DNA of 64,000 nucleotides from a bacterium (GCA_965207065.1 OZ242260.1:1482551-1546550), one strand, 5' to 3'; counted from the stretch's first letter, positions 43,289 to 54,284 are shown. A program made the numbers and translations. Notes: generated from the sequence alone by a model not told the origin.

Positions 43289-44227
43289 ATGTTCGACAAT
43301 GGTGGGGTTGAGCATGAGTCCGCCATGGGTGTCGCGCAACATTACCAACTCCCCACTTTTTTAGTGGACTGGACATGGAATCCTTTCGTGGCCTTGGCGT
43401 TCGCCATGTCCGATCTAAGGGATGGTGAAGAGGGCGTGGTCTTTCTTCGAGATTTTGGCGACGGAACTAACCCAACATCCGACTATAACGTTCTTTTGCC
43501 GCCGTCGTTTGCCAAGAGAGCTTGGCGTCAAAGGGCGTTCTTTTCCTGGCATCCAGTTGCTCCTGAGGATTGGGACAATCCGGTCGTGCAGAGAATTGCA
43601 GGGGATATTCCGCGGCATAATGCAATGCCCAACAATTATTATCACATCAAATTTCGTGCGACTGAGAGTGACATAAAATGGGCGAAACAGAGTTATGCTG
43701 GATTGATGAAGGAGGATCTGCCCGGCTTGGGTTGCTTGGCGAAATGGTGTTTAGAAGCCGCACGAAAGGGCGCGAATGGGCCTTTACATCCCAATGTTCT
43801 CTCGTTGGATGATTTCCAGAAATGGTGTAATCGTTGCAACTTGAATTTACCTGAGTTTGTGGTGACGAATCGAGAAGTGGAAGTAACAGAGAACTTTGCT
43901 CTCATGATGGATTATATAGATGAAATGAGCGTTAGGCGTAATCCAAGTAATGGCACAATCGGTTACTTCATTCCGAGTGTGTTAACGGCCTGTGTGGGAA
44001 TGCCATGGAACAGTTGTATGAAGTATCCCGCCCGCGGACTTAAGAACCTGAATGATCCAAGAGCAGATGTTTTCTTTGACGATGATGGGCAACCCTGTAT
44101 GGATCACTGGCATAAAAAGCTGAGCTATATGAAGTCGTTGGTTGACATAAGACGTATACAGAACGACGATTTTTTTCGATCAATGTTTGTAGAACGCCCG
44201 CGGGGAAAGAGGCAACAAATCGGTTAA
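43289..44227 (+). CDS. FRG-domain protein
   Basis: HESAMGVAQHYQLPTFLVDWTWNPFVALAFAM matches the FRG core (QHYGLPTRLLDWT.NPLVALYFA); ~46% GC. Confidence 0.55.
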   Translation: MFDNGGVEHESAMGVAQHYQLPTFLVDWTWNPFVALAFAMSDLRDGEEGVVFLRDFGDGTNPTSDYNVLLPPSFAKRAWRQRAFFSWHPVAPEDWDNPVVQRIAGDIPRHNAMPNNYYHIKFRATESDIKWAKQSYAGLMKEDLPGLGCLAKWCLEAARKGANGPLHPNVLSLDDFQKWCNRCNLNLPEFVVTNREVEVTENFALMMDYIDEMSVRRNPSNGTIGYFIPSVLTACVGMPWNSCMKYPARGLKNLNDPRADVFFDDDGQPCMDHWHKKLSYMKSLVDIRRIQNDDFFRSMFVERPRGKRQQIG

Positions 44228-44584
44228 ATGTGGACACAATGATTGTACGACTAAAACTTTTGCTTTGTTCGGGTGAGCTACTGTCGATGGGATGGACACA
44301 GAATCTATCTTGCAAACTGGGCCCGATCATTGTTTGCAGCAAGTGGAAAGGGGTTCCAATGAGAAGAAGAGCGGAGATGAGGGATTGAGTGTCAAATGAA
44401 CCACGTGCCAAAATCGCTACATGAAACCGAAAATTATTGGTGTTTGGGTCCAGGTGTGGATGCGGGAAGATCGCGGCATATTTTCACATTGCTGAGGAAT
44501 TCATGGAATTGGGGATAGGGCGATTGGATGCATCGTCGTTTTCCCAGATAGGGTTTTATCGTTACAGCGTCGGCGTATTTTGTC

Positions 44585-44911
44585 TTGGCCATGCGTTTGA
44601 ATTATTGTAAAAAGGCATTATTAAAAGAAAATGTTACAGGGCATAAATTTGGAACCTTATACAAGGCAATAAACGATTCGCGAAGGAGCGAGCTTGAAGA
44701 TATCATTGTTGGTGAAGGATGGTCGTCAGTGGACGAGTTCCACAAATTCCTGCTTAAAACAATTAACCCCGTGAATAGAAAGTATTTTGATGAGAGTAGT
44801 GGGTGGGATATTTGGAGTCATGATGGCATTGGAAATGTAAACCATAAGTTGTGGCCGGGCTTAGTTCAATTGTGGAAACGAGTACACGATTACGCCGCGT
44901 CTAAAATTTGA
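44585..44911 (+). CDS. Hypothetical protein
   Basis: 108-aa ORF in low-GC DNA. Confidence 0.25.
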   Translation: MAMRLNYCKKALLKENVTGHKFGTLYKAINDSRRSELEDIIVGEGWSSVDEFHKFLLKTINPVNRKYFDESSGWDIWSHDGIGNVNHKLWPGLVQLWKRVHDYAASKI

Positions 44912-44958
44912 AAAAATCCCAATCTTTCGAACTGATCCTTCGCCCGTTTTCAGACGGC

Positions 44959-44968
44959 GGGGGGGGGG
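44959..44968. repeat. Homopolymeric G10 tract
   Basis: Read directly. Confidence 0.85.
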
Positions 44969-45440
44969 TCAGACTGGCGGGGAATCTTTGTAGTTTGTTG
45001 ATAGTATTTTGGATGTTAGTTTTTTCGAGCTTCGTTGAGGATTTGCTTATCTGCAATACGTAATCAAAACGAAAGCGGATGAATTATAATTTGTGCGTAT
45101 CCTAGCGGGCCCGTGTCGGTGTAACCGCGCAGCCGTTCGTCCAGCGGTATATCGGTATTGTCGTTAAACGCGGTCATGGCGCGCGAACATAAGGAAAGAA
45201 CGAGTGTCCGTTCAATCGTTATTTCTAGCGCGGAATATACACCAGTGAAGAGCCCGCGCCCGCGCCGGCGAGTGGGTCGCTCATCGATTCGACCTGAAAT
45301 CAAGGGGATTTTGCAGAGAAAAAATGACGCCGGAAGATACAGGAACAGGCGCTACGGAAAAAACCGATAAATCCGAAAGCCCGGGATCGAACCCTCAAAA
45401 GACTCTTTCGTTCACGCCCCTGTACCCGCCGCGCCCGGCC

Positions 45441-46280
45441 TCACTTGCCGTAGCGCAGCCTTGCCACGGCGCCCTGTTGCGCGAGTTGCCCCTGCGCGTA
45501 GCGCCCAGGCATGGTCGGCGATTGCCAGCGCCCGGCGAGCTGCATCTCGACCAGGGAAGCCCCCGCCGTGGCCAGGCTCTGCGCGCTGCCCACCCGGAGG
45601 CTGTGCCCACTGATCCGCCCCTCCACTCCTGCGTCGCGCGCGCGATGGATGATTATGCGGCGGATGCTCCCCTCGGTTAGACGACCTTTCCGCAAGCAGC
45701 CCGATCTGTGAACGGGCCGGAAAAGCGCCCCCTCCGAGATTGAGGCAATCTCGAGCCAGGTACTGATGCGCACGATGGTGGGTTCTCCCAGAAACTGCAC
45801 GACGCCCGCACCTTCCTGGTCCGTCTTCGAGCGCCGGATGAGCACAGTCTGCTCGTCCAGGTTCACGTCGGAGACGTCCAAAGCTTCCATCTCCGACACC
45901 CGGAGCAACGCGTCGCTCGCCACAGAGATGATCGCGGCGTCGCGTAGTCCGGCCAGATCCCCGAACCTTTCGGCCAGTTCCGCGGCATGGTCCGCTTGCT
46001 CCCAGCGCACCCCGGCCACCTGACCGCGACCGCGCTCATAGGCCAAGCGCCTAAAGCCGGCCAGCACCCGCTCCGTCGCAGGTCCCACGGGCGAGTCCCG
46101 CCCCGCAAGTCTCACCCGGAAGCGAAGCGCCGCCACCGTCAGCGAGGCGGTAGCAGCCGAGCGGCCCTCCTCGTAGAGATCTCCCAGATACGCCGCCACA
46201 CCGACGTCGGTTTCGGGGTGCCCCGAGCGATCAAATCCCCGCAGAGCCGCCCCGTACACCCGACGGGTGTTCTCAGACAT
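45441..46280 (-). CDS. Tyrosine-type site-specific recombinase/integrase
   Basis: ...RRSKTDQEGAGVVQFLGEPT...GHSLRVGSAQSLATAGASLVEMQLAGRWQSPTMPGRY (R...HxxR...Y). Confidence 0.65.
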   Translation of the reverse strand: MSENTRRVYGAALRGFDRSGHPETDVGVAAYLGDLYEEGRSAATASLTVAALRFRVRLAGRDSPVGPATERVLAGFRRLAYERGRGQVAGVRWEQADHAAELAERFGDLAGLRDAAIISVASDALLRVSEMEALDVSDVNLDEQTVLIRRSKTDQEGAGVVQFLGEPTIVRISTWLEIASISEGALFRPVHRSGCLRKGRLTEGSIRRIIIHRARDAGVEGRISGHSLRVGSAQSLATAGASLVEMQLAGRWQSPTMPGRYAQGQLAQQGAVARLRYGK

Positions 46281-46555
46281 CGAGGCCCTCGCCAAGTTTG
46301 CTGCCAGCGGAGCTTGAACCGCTTCCTTGGCCCCGGCGTCTTCGTCAAAGCGAAGTTTCGTGTCGGGCCGGATGGTGATGCTCCCGTCGCCATGATGAGA
46401 GGCCAACCCCCAGGATCGGCGGCTGATTCCTTTACACGAAGCCGTTCGAGCGCCTCGTGTACTAACAAATATAGACAGTTGCGGGGAAATGCCAAGGAAA
46501 AAACGTCGTTCGACGGCACGAAGTCAGGCTCCAAGGCAATGAATTTTCTAAAGAT

Positions 46556-46578
46556 TGATAATTATCATTATCAATTTT
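46556..46578. promoter_or_regulatory. Fur-box-like palindrome ATTGATAATTATCATTATCAAT (a second partial site is at ~46728)
   Basis: Resembles GATAATGATAATCATTATC; intergenic between the integrase and the Tat-lipoprotein gene. Confidence 0.3.
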
Positions 46579-47000
46579 TTCTACAAGCATTCTGGAGGCA
46601 CGTCAAGCGTAATTCCGGGGCCTTGAAGGGGTTTTGAGGGCCGTTTCGGACCGTATTGCGTCCTTTTGCGCAAGTTTGCGCCTCGAAACAGGGGTTCAGG
46701 AAAGATAATGGAACTACTGGCATCCCGCAATGATAATTATCGATGGATACGCAGGAATCGAGACGCCCAAGACGGTCAGCGTCGTCGTCCTGGACAACTT
46801 GGTTGATGTCAGCGGTTAAACCTTCAAATTGCGGCTCAGCAACGCCTTCAGTGTACAGATTGCCGACTCATAGTCGACTGGCACAAACGAGCCTTTAAAA
46901 GCTGTGCCATAAGGCCGACGGAGACCGAAGAGAAAAAGATATATCAGGTGATAGCAAGGCTGGAAAAATCATTAATTCTATTTACTGAAAGGACTCGACT

Positions 47001-47768
47001 ATGAACTACACGAGAAGGCAGTTTCTGAAGAACTCAGCAACAGCCTCCGCCCTCCTCGCGACCGGGTGCGTCAGCTCCCATGGAGAAAAAGCATCCTACA
47101 CCACCCAGATTCTAAAACCCCAAAACCAAAACACCGTCTTCCACTGGATCGACGTGGCCTTACAGCAGGTTCGGAACCAGCGGCTCCTCGTTCCCCGGGC
47201 GGCATACAATTACGGGCTGACCATGGCCACCGGCTTTCTCGCCGCGAATGGAATCCTACAAACTTATGATGAACCTTTCGGCATCGGCCCCGGCCCGCAC
47301 GGCGCGGATCCGGAAGTTGCCTACGGCGTTGCCTTCGCAGAGTCGGCGGAAGAAGCGTTCCAGCAGCCTTTTTCGTTCGAGCGCGCCAGATTCCTGAGAC
47401 GCTTTCCCGGAAGCGAGGCAAAATCCTTGGGCGTTAAGTGGGGCCGCACAGTCGCCCGCAAGGTGCTCAGGATGCGGACGAACGACGGCTCCGAACCCAG
47501 CGAAGCCAACTATTATCTAGGGCGTTACGAGCGACGTACAGACTCACTGCGGTGGCGCCCCACCGGCCCGTTTTACGGCGCGACACCGGGACCGGCGTTC
47601 GCCTCTTTCGACCGCGGCCTCTTTCCGGGCCATGGACAAATCAAGCCTTGGACGATGAGGAGTGGTTCGCAGTTTCGAGTAGGCGATTTCTACGATCCGG
47701 CGAGCCCCGAGTTTGCCGAAGAATTCGATAACATCCGGCGCATCGGGGATATGCGCCATTATGTTTAA
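47001..47768 (+). pseudogene. Tat-exported lipoprotein, vanadium-haloperoxidase/PAP2-like N-terminal region, 3'-truncated by an IS
   Basis: MNYTRRQFLKNSATASALLATGC (twin-arginine plus lipobox); the ORF ends where the IS4-like fragment begins. Confidence 0.4.
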
Positions 47769-47769
47769 T

Positions 47770-48586
47770 TGCACATAACGGCGCGCATCTGCTGTGCGCG
47801 CGGTTGCGCCGCTTGAACGTCGACGCCTCGGCCGGCAGCGAGGAGGAGTTGGCGCGGATCGTGGCGCAGGTCCGCAGGCGCTGGCCGCGTACGCGGGTCG
47901 TGGTCCGCGGCGACTCGGGGTTTTGCCGCGAACCGTTGATGCGCTGGTGCGAGGAGAACGGCGTCGACTACGTGTTCGGCATGGCGCGTAACGCGCGGTT
48001 GGTCCGGGCGATTGGCCGGGACCTCTACCGGGCCGGGGTCGTGTGCCACCGCAGCAGTGAACCGGCGCGCCGGTATCGCGACTTCCGCTATCGCACACGC
48101 AAGAGCTGGTCCCGAACCCGGCGGGTGGTGGGCAAGGCGCAGCACCTGCCCAGGGGGGCGAACCCCCGGTTCGTAGTCACCAGCCTCCGCCCCCGGCGGG
48201 CCGACGCCAGGCGCCTCTACGAAGAACTCTACTGCGCCCGGGGAGAGATGGAGAACCGCATCAAGGAACAGCAACTCGGCCTGTTCGCCGACCGCACCAG
48301 CAGCGCCACCCTGAAGGCCAATCAGTTGCGACTCTACTTCGCCTCCTTCGCCTACGTCCTGATGCACGGATTGCGACGCCTGGGGCTGGCCGGCACGACA
48401 TACGCCAGGGCCCAGTGCGCCACGCTCCGGCTGAAGCTGCTCAAGCTCGGCGCCCGCGTGAGGGTCACCGTGCGCAAGGTCCGGCTGTCAATCTCCGGAG
48501 CCTACCCCCATGCGGCGACCTTCGAAAAGGTGCTGAACAACCTGCGTACGCACCCGCCCTGGCCGGCGGCGGGGGAGAGAAGCTGA
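47770..48586 (+). pseudogene. IS4-family transposase, 5'-truncated
   Basis: ...RGDSGFC...YCARGEMENRIKEQQLGLFADRTSSATLKANQLRLYFASFAYVLM... Confidence 0.55.
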
Positions 48587-48810
48587 ACGTACAATCGCAG
48601 CGACGCTAATCCTTGCAGGGGGAAACCTGCGCCTGCGCGTCGGCCGACACTCCGAAAAAGCATTCGTAAGGGCCGGGGAAACGCCTCTCGGGCACCGTGC
48701 GTCATCGTATCATGCCAGCGAAGAAGGCTGCCTCCCGAATAAAGCCGTCCACAACTTCAAATCAGGCCGATCCGCAGCCTCGGTGAAATATCCGGGCTAA
48801 TCATGTCGGC

Positions 48811-49518
48811 ATGAAGATTTGCACAGAAGATATTCAGGCGGAAGTTTCGTTAGTCGAGAGGTCGGATGTCCCACGGCCTCATCCCCCCGGGTTGCCCGCA
48901 ACCGCAGAGGCGTACTGGCGTTCGCTGTACGAGCGCGAGCGTGCGCGCGCGGAGGCGGCGGAGGCGCGCTGCGAGGGGTTGCGGCTCAAGGAGGTGGCTT
49001 CGCGCGCGCGGGCGGGTTCGCTGAAGTGGCATCTCGACAACAGCCGGAGGAAGCTTGCCGCGCGCGTCAAGAAGTTGAAGGAAGTCCGCCGCGCCGCGAA
49101 GCAGGACGTCCTGGCGCTCGAGGCGGAAGTGGCTCGACAGGAGAAGCTTCTCCGCAAAGCCGATGTCGAACCGGGGGAGCGCAGCCCGCTCGAGTCGCTG
49201 CGCAAGGAGATTGAGCGGTGGAAGGAGGCGCACGCCCGGCTGAAGAACCGGCTGGCCTGGGAGAAGCGGGAGACGCTCAGGCGAACGTTGAAGTCGTCCG
49301 AACCCGTCAAGTCACCGACCGAGACCGCCGTCCCGTCCCGAGCGACGCAGCGCGCGCCCGCGCAATCGAACGTCTCCCCGACGAGCGTCGCGCCCCCGCC
49401 TTCAAGCAAATCGCGGGCATGGGTACTGGTGAGGAGCAGCGCGTCGGCGCGCCCGATGTGGGACGACTGGATCTTCGTCACAGAACCGCCGATCCGTCGT
49501 CTCGACGGAGTTGTCTGA
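48811..49518 (+). CDS. Coiled-coil hypothetical protein
   Basis: Arg/Glu/Ala-rich heptad-like region; no motifs. Confidence 0.25.
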   Translation: MKICTEDIQAEVSLVERSDVPRPHPPGLPATAEAYWRSLYERERARAEAAEARCEGLRLKEVASRARAGSLKWHLDNSRRKLAARVKKLKEVRRAAKQDVLALEAEVARQEKLLRKADVEPGERSPLESLRKEIERWKEAHARLKNRLAWEKRETLRRTLKSSEPVKSPTETAVPSRATQRAPAQSNVSPTSVAPPPSSKSRAWVLVRSSASARPMWDDWIFVTEPPIRRLDGVV

Positions 49519-49666
49519 TGGTCTGCACCGGCGAGAAGCCAACCTGTCATAAAAAAGTGGCGGCCATGGACATGAAGCCATACAATAGAAGGCAGATATC
49601 ATAGAGGTATGGGGAAAAAGATTACCGGAAGCTGCACGAGTCGGCATCGCGAGAAGGAATCAAATC

Positions 49667-52006
49667 ATGCGGGAAAGCGCACAGAACATGACATCCAAGT
49701 CGAAGTCCGGTTTTTTCGATCTGGTAGTGGGTCGATACTTCTGGACGATAGCCGTCACATTCCTGGTGACCGCGGTTCTCGCCGCGGGAGTGCAGCACCT
49801 GATTACCGTCAATGTAGGCATCCGAAATCACTTCGATGAAGATGATCCGCATTTGATCAAACTCGACGATTTCGAAAAGACCTACGCAGTGTCGGACAGC
49901 GTGCTCGTCATTGTCGCCCCGCCGAACGACACCGTTTTCACGCGCAAAGCACTCGATGCGATTGAGCAACTGACGGAGGTGTTGTGGCAAACGCCTTATT
50001 CTGTCCGTGTCGATTCGATAACCAATTACCTGCACACCGAGGGAATCGAGGACACCCTGATTGTCGAGCAGCTGGTCGACGATGCGGCTTCGCTGGACGA
50101 GGTCAAACTCGCCCGCATTCGAGAGATTGCGCTCACCACACAGGAAACGGCCGGCCGTTTCGTCTCTCGCGATGGTCGTGTGGCCGGGCTGATCGTGAGC
50201 CTGGCAATTCCCGATGAGAAACGGAAACAGCGCAAAATCGAAGTGGTCGACGGTCTCTACGGTCTCGTCAACAAACAGCGCGCGGCCAACCCCGACATCG
50301 AATATCACATCTATGGTGAACTGTTGTTGAATCGGGCGGTTCGCGAGGCGCTGAATGAAGATATGTCCTTTTTGGCGCCAATCGCGTTTGCGATGATGGT
50401 TCTGGTGGCCATTCTATTGCTGCGTTCGGTTTGGAGCGTTTGTGGAATTTTTGCGATGATAATTGCGGTGATGGCATCGAGTTTCGGTTTAACCGGCTGG
50501 TTCGGATTGAAATTCTATGCGGAAAGCGGCGCCGCGGTATTCGTTCTGATGGCGATTGCCATCGCACACTCTGTCCACCTGATCGAAGGAATGACCGATG
50601 GAATGCTTCGTGGAATAGAACGTAAAGCCGCTGTTGTTCATTCCCTGCAAATCAATGCCCATCCGATATTCCTCACTTCGCTCACCACCATGGTCGGTTT
50701 TCTGAGCCTGAATTTCTCGGAAATGCCCCCGTTTCGAGTGATGGGAAATATCGTTGCGTTCGGCGCCATGTGCGCATTCGTTTACGCGGTCACGCTTTTG
50801 CCCGCATTGTTGGCGATGATGCCCATGCGGGCGCCCGCCGAAAAGAGAAACGGAACGAAAACATTCAAGCGTTTGGGAGATTTCGTCGTTTCCAAAAGCA
50901 CCTTGTTGCTTTGGGCTTTCGTCATACTCGTTCTGGTGAGCGCATATGGCGTCTCGAGAATTAAACTGAATGACAACAACAACGCCAAGCTGCTTAATGA
51001 AAGCTACGAGTTGCGCCGATCGGGGGATTTCATAAACGAGAACTTTTCCGGGCTGGATTCCTTTGAATATTCCCTGATCTCCGGGCGTGCAGGGGGAATC
51101 ACCGACATTGAGTACCTGCATCGGGTGGATTCGTTCGCCAATTGGCTTCGCGAACAGCCTGAAGTTTCTCACGTCACCTCGATTGCCGATATCATGAAGC
51201 GGATTAATCAGAATCTGCACAATGACGCAAAAGGCTCCTATGCCCTGCCGGCAAACTCCGACCTTGCGGCGCAATACCTGCTTTTATACGAGTTCTCTCT
51301 ACCGGTCGGCCGCGACATAAACAATCTCATCAACTTTGAGCGTTCGGCGACCCGGATGACCGTCGTGATCGGGGGAATGTCGGTCAAAGAGCAAATCGAG
51401 CTGGACAATCGCGCTTCTGCCTGGCTGGGAAAAAATGCGCCGCAAATGCGAACCGGAGCGACCGGCGTCACCATTGTCGGCGCTTACTCGGTGATGAGAA
51501 ACATCGTGAACATGTTACTCGGCACCTTCATCGCAATCTCGATCGTCTCGCTGCTGTTGATTTTTGCATTCAAAAGCCTTCGTTTGGGGCTTCTGAGCTT
51601 AATACCTAATTTCGTTCCGGCAATCATGTCCCTGGGGGCTTGGGGTTACGCCGTGGGAACCGTGAATATTGCGGCGTCAATCGTTACCGCGATAGCGTTT
51701 GCCATCGTTGTGGACGATACCATCCATCTCCTGTCCAAATACCTAAAATCACGCGCAGAGGGCAAATCACCTTCCGAAGCTATCGCGCCGACTTTCGAAC
51801 TCGTTGGAAAACCACTACTAAGCACAACCTTGATTTTTGCGGTGGCGTTTTTCGTCTTTGGCGCATCGGGGCTAGTGACCAATCAGACGCTCGGGTTGCT
51901 GGTCGGAATGACGGTCATCATTGCGCTCGTTGCGGACCTCTTTTTACTACCGCCGCTTCTGCTGGCGCTCGACAGGACGAAACACGGGCAAGCGCTCGGC
52001 GACTAG
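49667..52006 (+). CDS. RND-superfamily (MMPL/HpnN-like) lipid exporter
   Basis: 779 aa with 12 predicted TM segments in a 1+5/1+5 arrangement and two large periplasmic loops. Confidence 0.65.
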   Translation: MRESAQNMTSKSKSGFFDLVVGRYFWTIAVTFLVTAVLAAGVQHLITVNVGIRNHFDEDDPHLIKLDDFEKTYAVSDSVLVIVAPPNDTVFTRKALDAIEQLTEVLWQTPYSVRVDSITNYLHTEGIEDTLIVEQLVDDAASLDEVKLARIREIALTTQETAGRFVSRDGRVAGLIVSLAIPDEKRKQRKIEVVDGLYGLVNKQRAANPDIEYHIYGELLLNRAVREALNEDMSFLAPIAFAMMVLVAILLLRSVWSVCGIFAMIIAVMASSFGLTGWFGLKFYAESGAAVFVLMAIAIAHSVHLIEGMTDGMLRGIERKAAVVHSLQINAHPIFLTSLTTMVGFLSLNFSEMPPFRVMGNIVAFGAMCAFVYAVTLLPALLAMMPMRAPAEKRNGTKTFKRLGDFVVSKSTLLLWAFVILVLVSAYGVSRIKLNDNNNAKLLNESYELRRSGDFINENFSGLDSFEYSLISGRAGGITDIEYLHRVDSFANWLREQPEVSHVTSIADIMKRINQNLHNDAKGSYALPANSDLAAQYLLLYEFSLPVGRDINNLINFERSATRMTVVIGGMSVKEQIELDNRASAWLGKNAPQMRTGATGVTIVGAYSVMRNIVNMLLGTFIAISIVSLLLIFAFKSLRLGLLSLIPNFVPAIMSLGAWGYAVGTVNIAASIVTAIAFAIVVDDTIHLLSKYLKSRAEGKSPSEAIAPTFELVGKPLLSTTLIFAVAFFVFGASGLVTNQTLGLLVGMTVIIALVADLFLLPPLLLALDRTKHGQALGD

Positions 52007-52185
52007 CTTCCGGGACGTTTCGTGATGGCGTAGGTCGAAGGCATGAGGCCGTCGAAGCGCCGATCAGGCCGGGGTAGTTCCGCCGGTGTCTCGCGAGCAA
52101 ACTTCCGCCCGTCCGCGTCCACGTTTGCGGCATGCCTTCATTCTCGATAGCGTCCGTATTGCCGGTCAGGCCTGCAGGAGCACCT

Positions 52186-54216
52186 TCAAGCCGAAATTTC
52201 GCGCAACTGGCTTGCGATGCGCAGCCGAAGTTTCTTCGTAACCGACAATGCCGGGAACGGGTTGATTTTCAGCTTATAGTCTTTAGGCGGCAGCGCGAAC
52301 TCGAAATGATGCGCTATAACCAACACGGTAACCGTCAACTGCAAATGCATCCATGCCCATCCTGCGCACGAGTGGGTATCCAAGCCGTTCGGAGCGTATC
52401 CAGGACCTTGATGCTCATTGCGCGGCGGCAGGTAACGGTCGATATCGAATTCGTAGGGGTCTGCGAAGCAATCACTCATGTAGTGCGCCGCGGTTTGCAC
52501 AATGTACAACCGTTCCCTGAGCGGCAGTGAATAATTTTCCACGACGCAAGAACTTGCGACATCGCGAAGATGTATGCAGATAATCGGATACATTCGTAAA
52601 CATTCCATGAGAAAACGTCTGGTAACGTCATACTTGTCCGGCGAAAACTCGTCTTTATCCGGGTCGCCGCCATCGAAAAGCGCGTTTGCCTCTTCACGAA
52701 TTCTCGCCGTAATTTCCGGCTGTCTGGCCATTTCATAAAGCACGAATCCCAACATGTCCCCTAGATAAATACTTTGAAACACAGGCGTTACCGCCAGCAT
52801 GAACAGCAGGTTTTGCTCCGGGATAAACTGCGGGTCGCTGTTGTGCAGAGAAATCAGTTCGTCCGCCAGATCCTCGGCAACACCTGCGCGGTGAATGGGT
52901 ATATGGTTCTGCTCGATGCGCCGCAGGAGTTTCTCGTAAAGCTGAAAGCGATACTTCATGCCGGGAGTGCGCGTCAGGAATTTCGGCAGAAAATCCGCAA
53001 CGTAGCAAAGGATTGCTCTTTCATTCCATTTGACCAGATCTTCAAATACATCTTGCGAATCCGTACTAATAAGAACCTGAGACATTTGAAAATTGGTCAT
53101 CAACCGGGTATCTCGCTGTACTTCTAGTCTCGAGCCCGCCTGCCACTCTTGACTTATCATGAATTGGCGGCTCAGTCGGAACATATCATCCAGCCTCTCA
53201 TAGAAACTGGCTTTCGAGTAAATTCTCCCCATCAGCTTGCGCAATCGAAAATGATCGGCTCCGTCCATCGACGGCAGTAAATTGTTTGCGCCGCAAACCA
53301 TCTCCATCTTGCGAAAAAAATTGCCGGAAGTTAAAAACCTTCGGGAATTTCGACGCACCCAATGATTGATATCAGGTCCAGCCAAAAATGTTCGCGGCTC
53401 TTGAAACGGCGCACAGATTTGAAAGACCGGACCATATCGGTCGGCCAGATTTCCGAACAGCGCCGGCAGGTTGCCGTCCCACAAATGCCGATTTGCAAGC
53501 AAGCTCTTTAGGGGAATCTTCGGAATTGGTTTTGTGAGGGGTGAGTGTTGCAATGCAGGCGTAATGGCGACTTGCTTGACGGCAGTGGAAATGACCCGGT
53601 TGAGCAGTTCCGTTTTACAAACCAGGTCAATTCGCTTTTTCTCTTCCTCATCCAGCTCGAAAATAAATTTAATGATATCGCACGCATCCAAAAGACCGAT
53701 TATCAGGGAATCCCTCGGGTCCGGAATGATATCCGTGAAAATCACCTCCTCGATTCTCGATTTGATGTACCTTCCGACGCTCTCGCTTCGGGGATAACGT
53801 TCCAATTCCGCATGCCAGGCGCAGTGGTTCGTTGTGTAAAACTCACCATCATGGCGCGTCAGAATTTCGGACTTGAGCAAGTGCTTCAGCGTAGCATCGA
53901 TGATGTCTTCCGAATGAACTGCAAGCCGCTCAATCCAGTATCGCGGTTCTTCCAGATTGGGATGGGATGCGATCTCTTCCAGGCATAAATCCAGTGCCAG
54001 GTCGCCTGTTTTGGTTGAATCCAGGAGAAAAAGCGATTCTTCATCTGTATCAACGCGTGATTTCAAGGAGAGATCGGCCAGAACAGCGCCGATGGTGGCG
54101 CAGTTCAACGTCCAGCCCTCCACTTGGTGGAAATAACCGTTCTGCTCGTTGAGAATCGTCAGGATGAATTCTTGCGGGATATTCAACGATTGCTTCGTTA
54201 TCATGTTACACTCCAT
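52186..54216 (-). CDS. GPP34 (GOLPH3-like) domain fused to a cytochrome P450 domain
   Basis: N-terminus ...LNCATIGAVLADLSLKSRV...; C-terminus ExxR (ECLRMYP), PERF-like DRYL, haem loop NGLDTHSCAGWAWMHLQL; the in-window start is probably MECNM/MITKQ (the upstream extension is junk). Confidence 0.6.
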   Translation of the reverse strand: MECNMITKQSLNIPQEFILTILNEQNGYFHQVEGWTLNCATIGAVLADLSLKSRVDTDEESLFLLDSTKTGDLALDLCLEEIASHPNLEEPRYWIERLAVHSEDIIDATLKHLLKSEILTRHDGEFYTTNHCAWHAELERYPRSESVGRYIKSRIEEVIFTDIIPDPRDSLIIGLLDACDIIKFIFELDEEEKKRIDLVCKTELLNRVISTAVKQVAITPALQHSPLTKPIPKIPLKSLLANRHLWDGNLPALFGNLADRYGPVFQICAPFQEPRTFLAGPDINHWVRRNSRRFLTSGNFFRKMEMVCGANNLLPSMDGADHFRLRKLMGRIYSKASFYERLDDMFRLSRQFMISQEWQAGSRLEVQRDTRLMTNFQMSQVLISTDSQDVFEDLVKWNERAILCYVADFLPKFLTRTPGMKYRFQLYEKLLRRIEQNHIPIHRAGVAEDLADELISLHNSDPQFIPEQNLLFMLAVTPVFQSIYLGDMLGFVLYEMARQPEITARIREEANALFDGGDPDKDEFSPDKYDVTRRFLMECLRMYPIICIHLRDVASSCVVENYSLPLRERLYIVQTAAHYMSDCFADPYEFDIDRYLPPRNEHQGPGYAPNGLDTHSCAGWAWMHLQLTVTVLVIAHHFEFALPPKDYKLKINPFPALSVTKKLRLRIASQLREISA

Positions 54217-54284
54217 TCCTCGTGATTTGATTCTTTCTCGTGATGCCGATTCCTGCGGCTTCCGGTCCCCTTTTTTCCATCCCT

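Noticed and set aside
45371-45396. tRNA-like T-arm sequence (GAGGGTTCGATCCCGGG on the minus strand) beside the integrase, a possible att remnant
   Set aside because: No full cloverleaf could be folded around it (no D or anticodon arms, no CCA-proximal acceptor), so it is recorded only as a weak hint.
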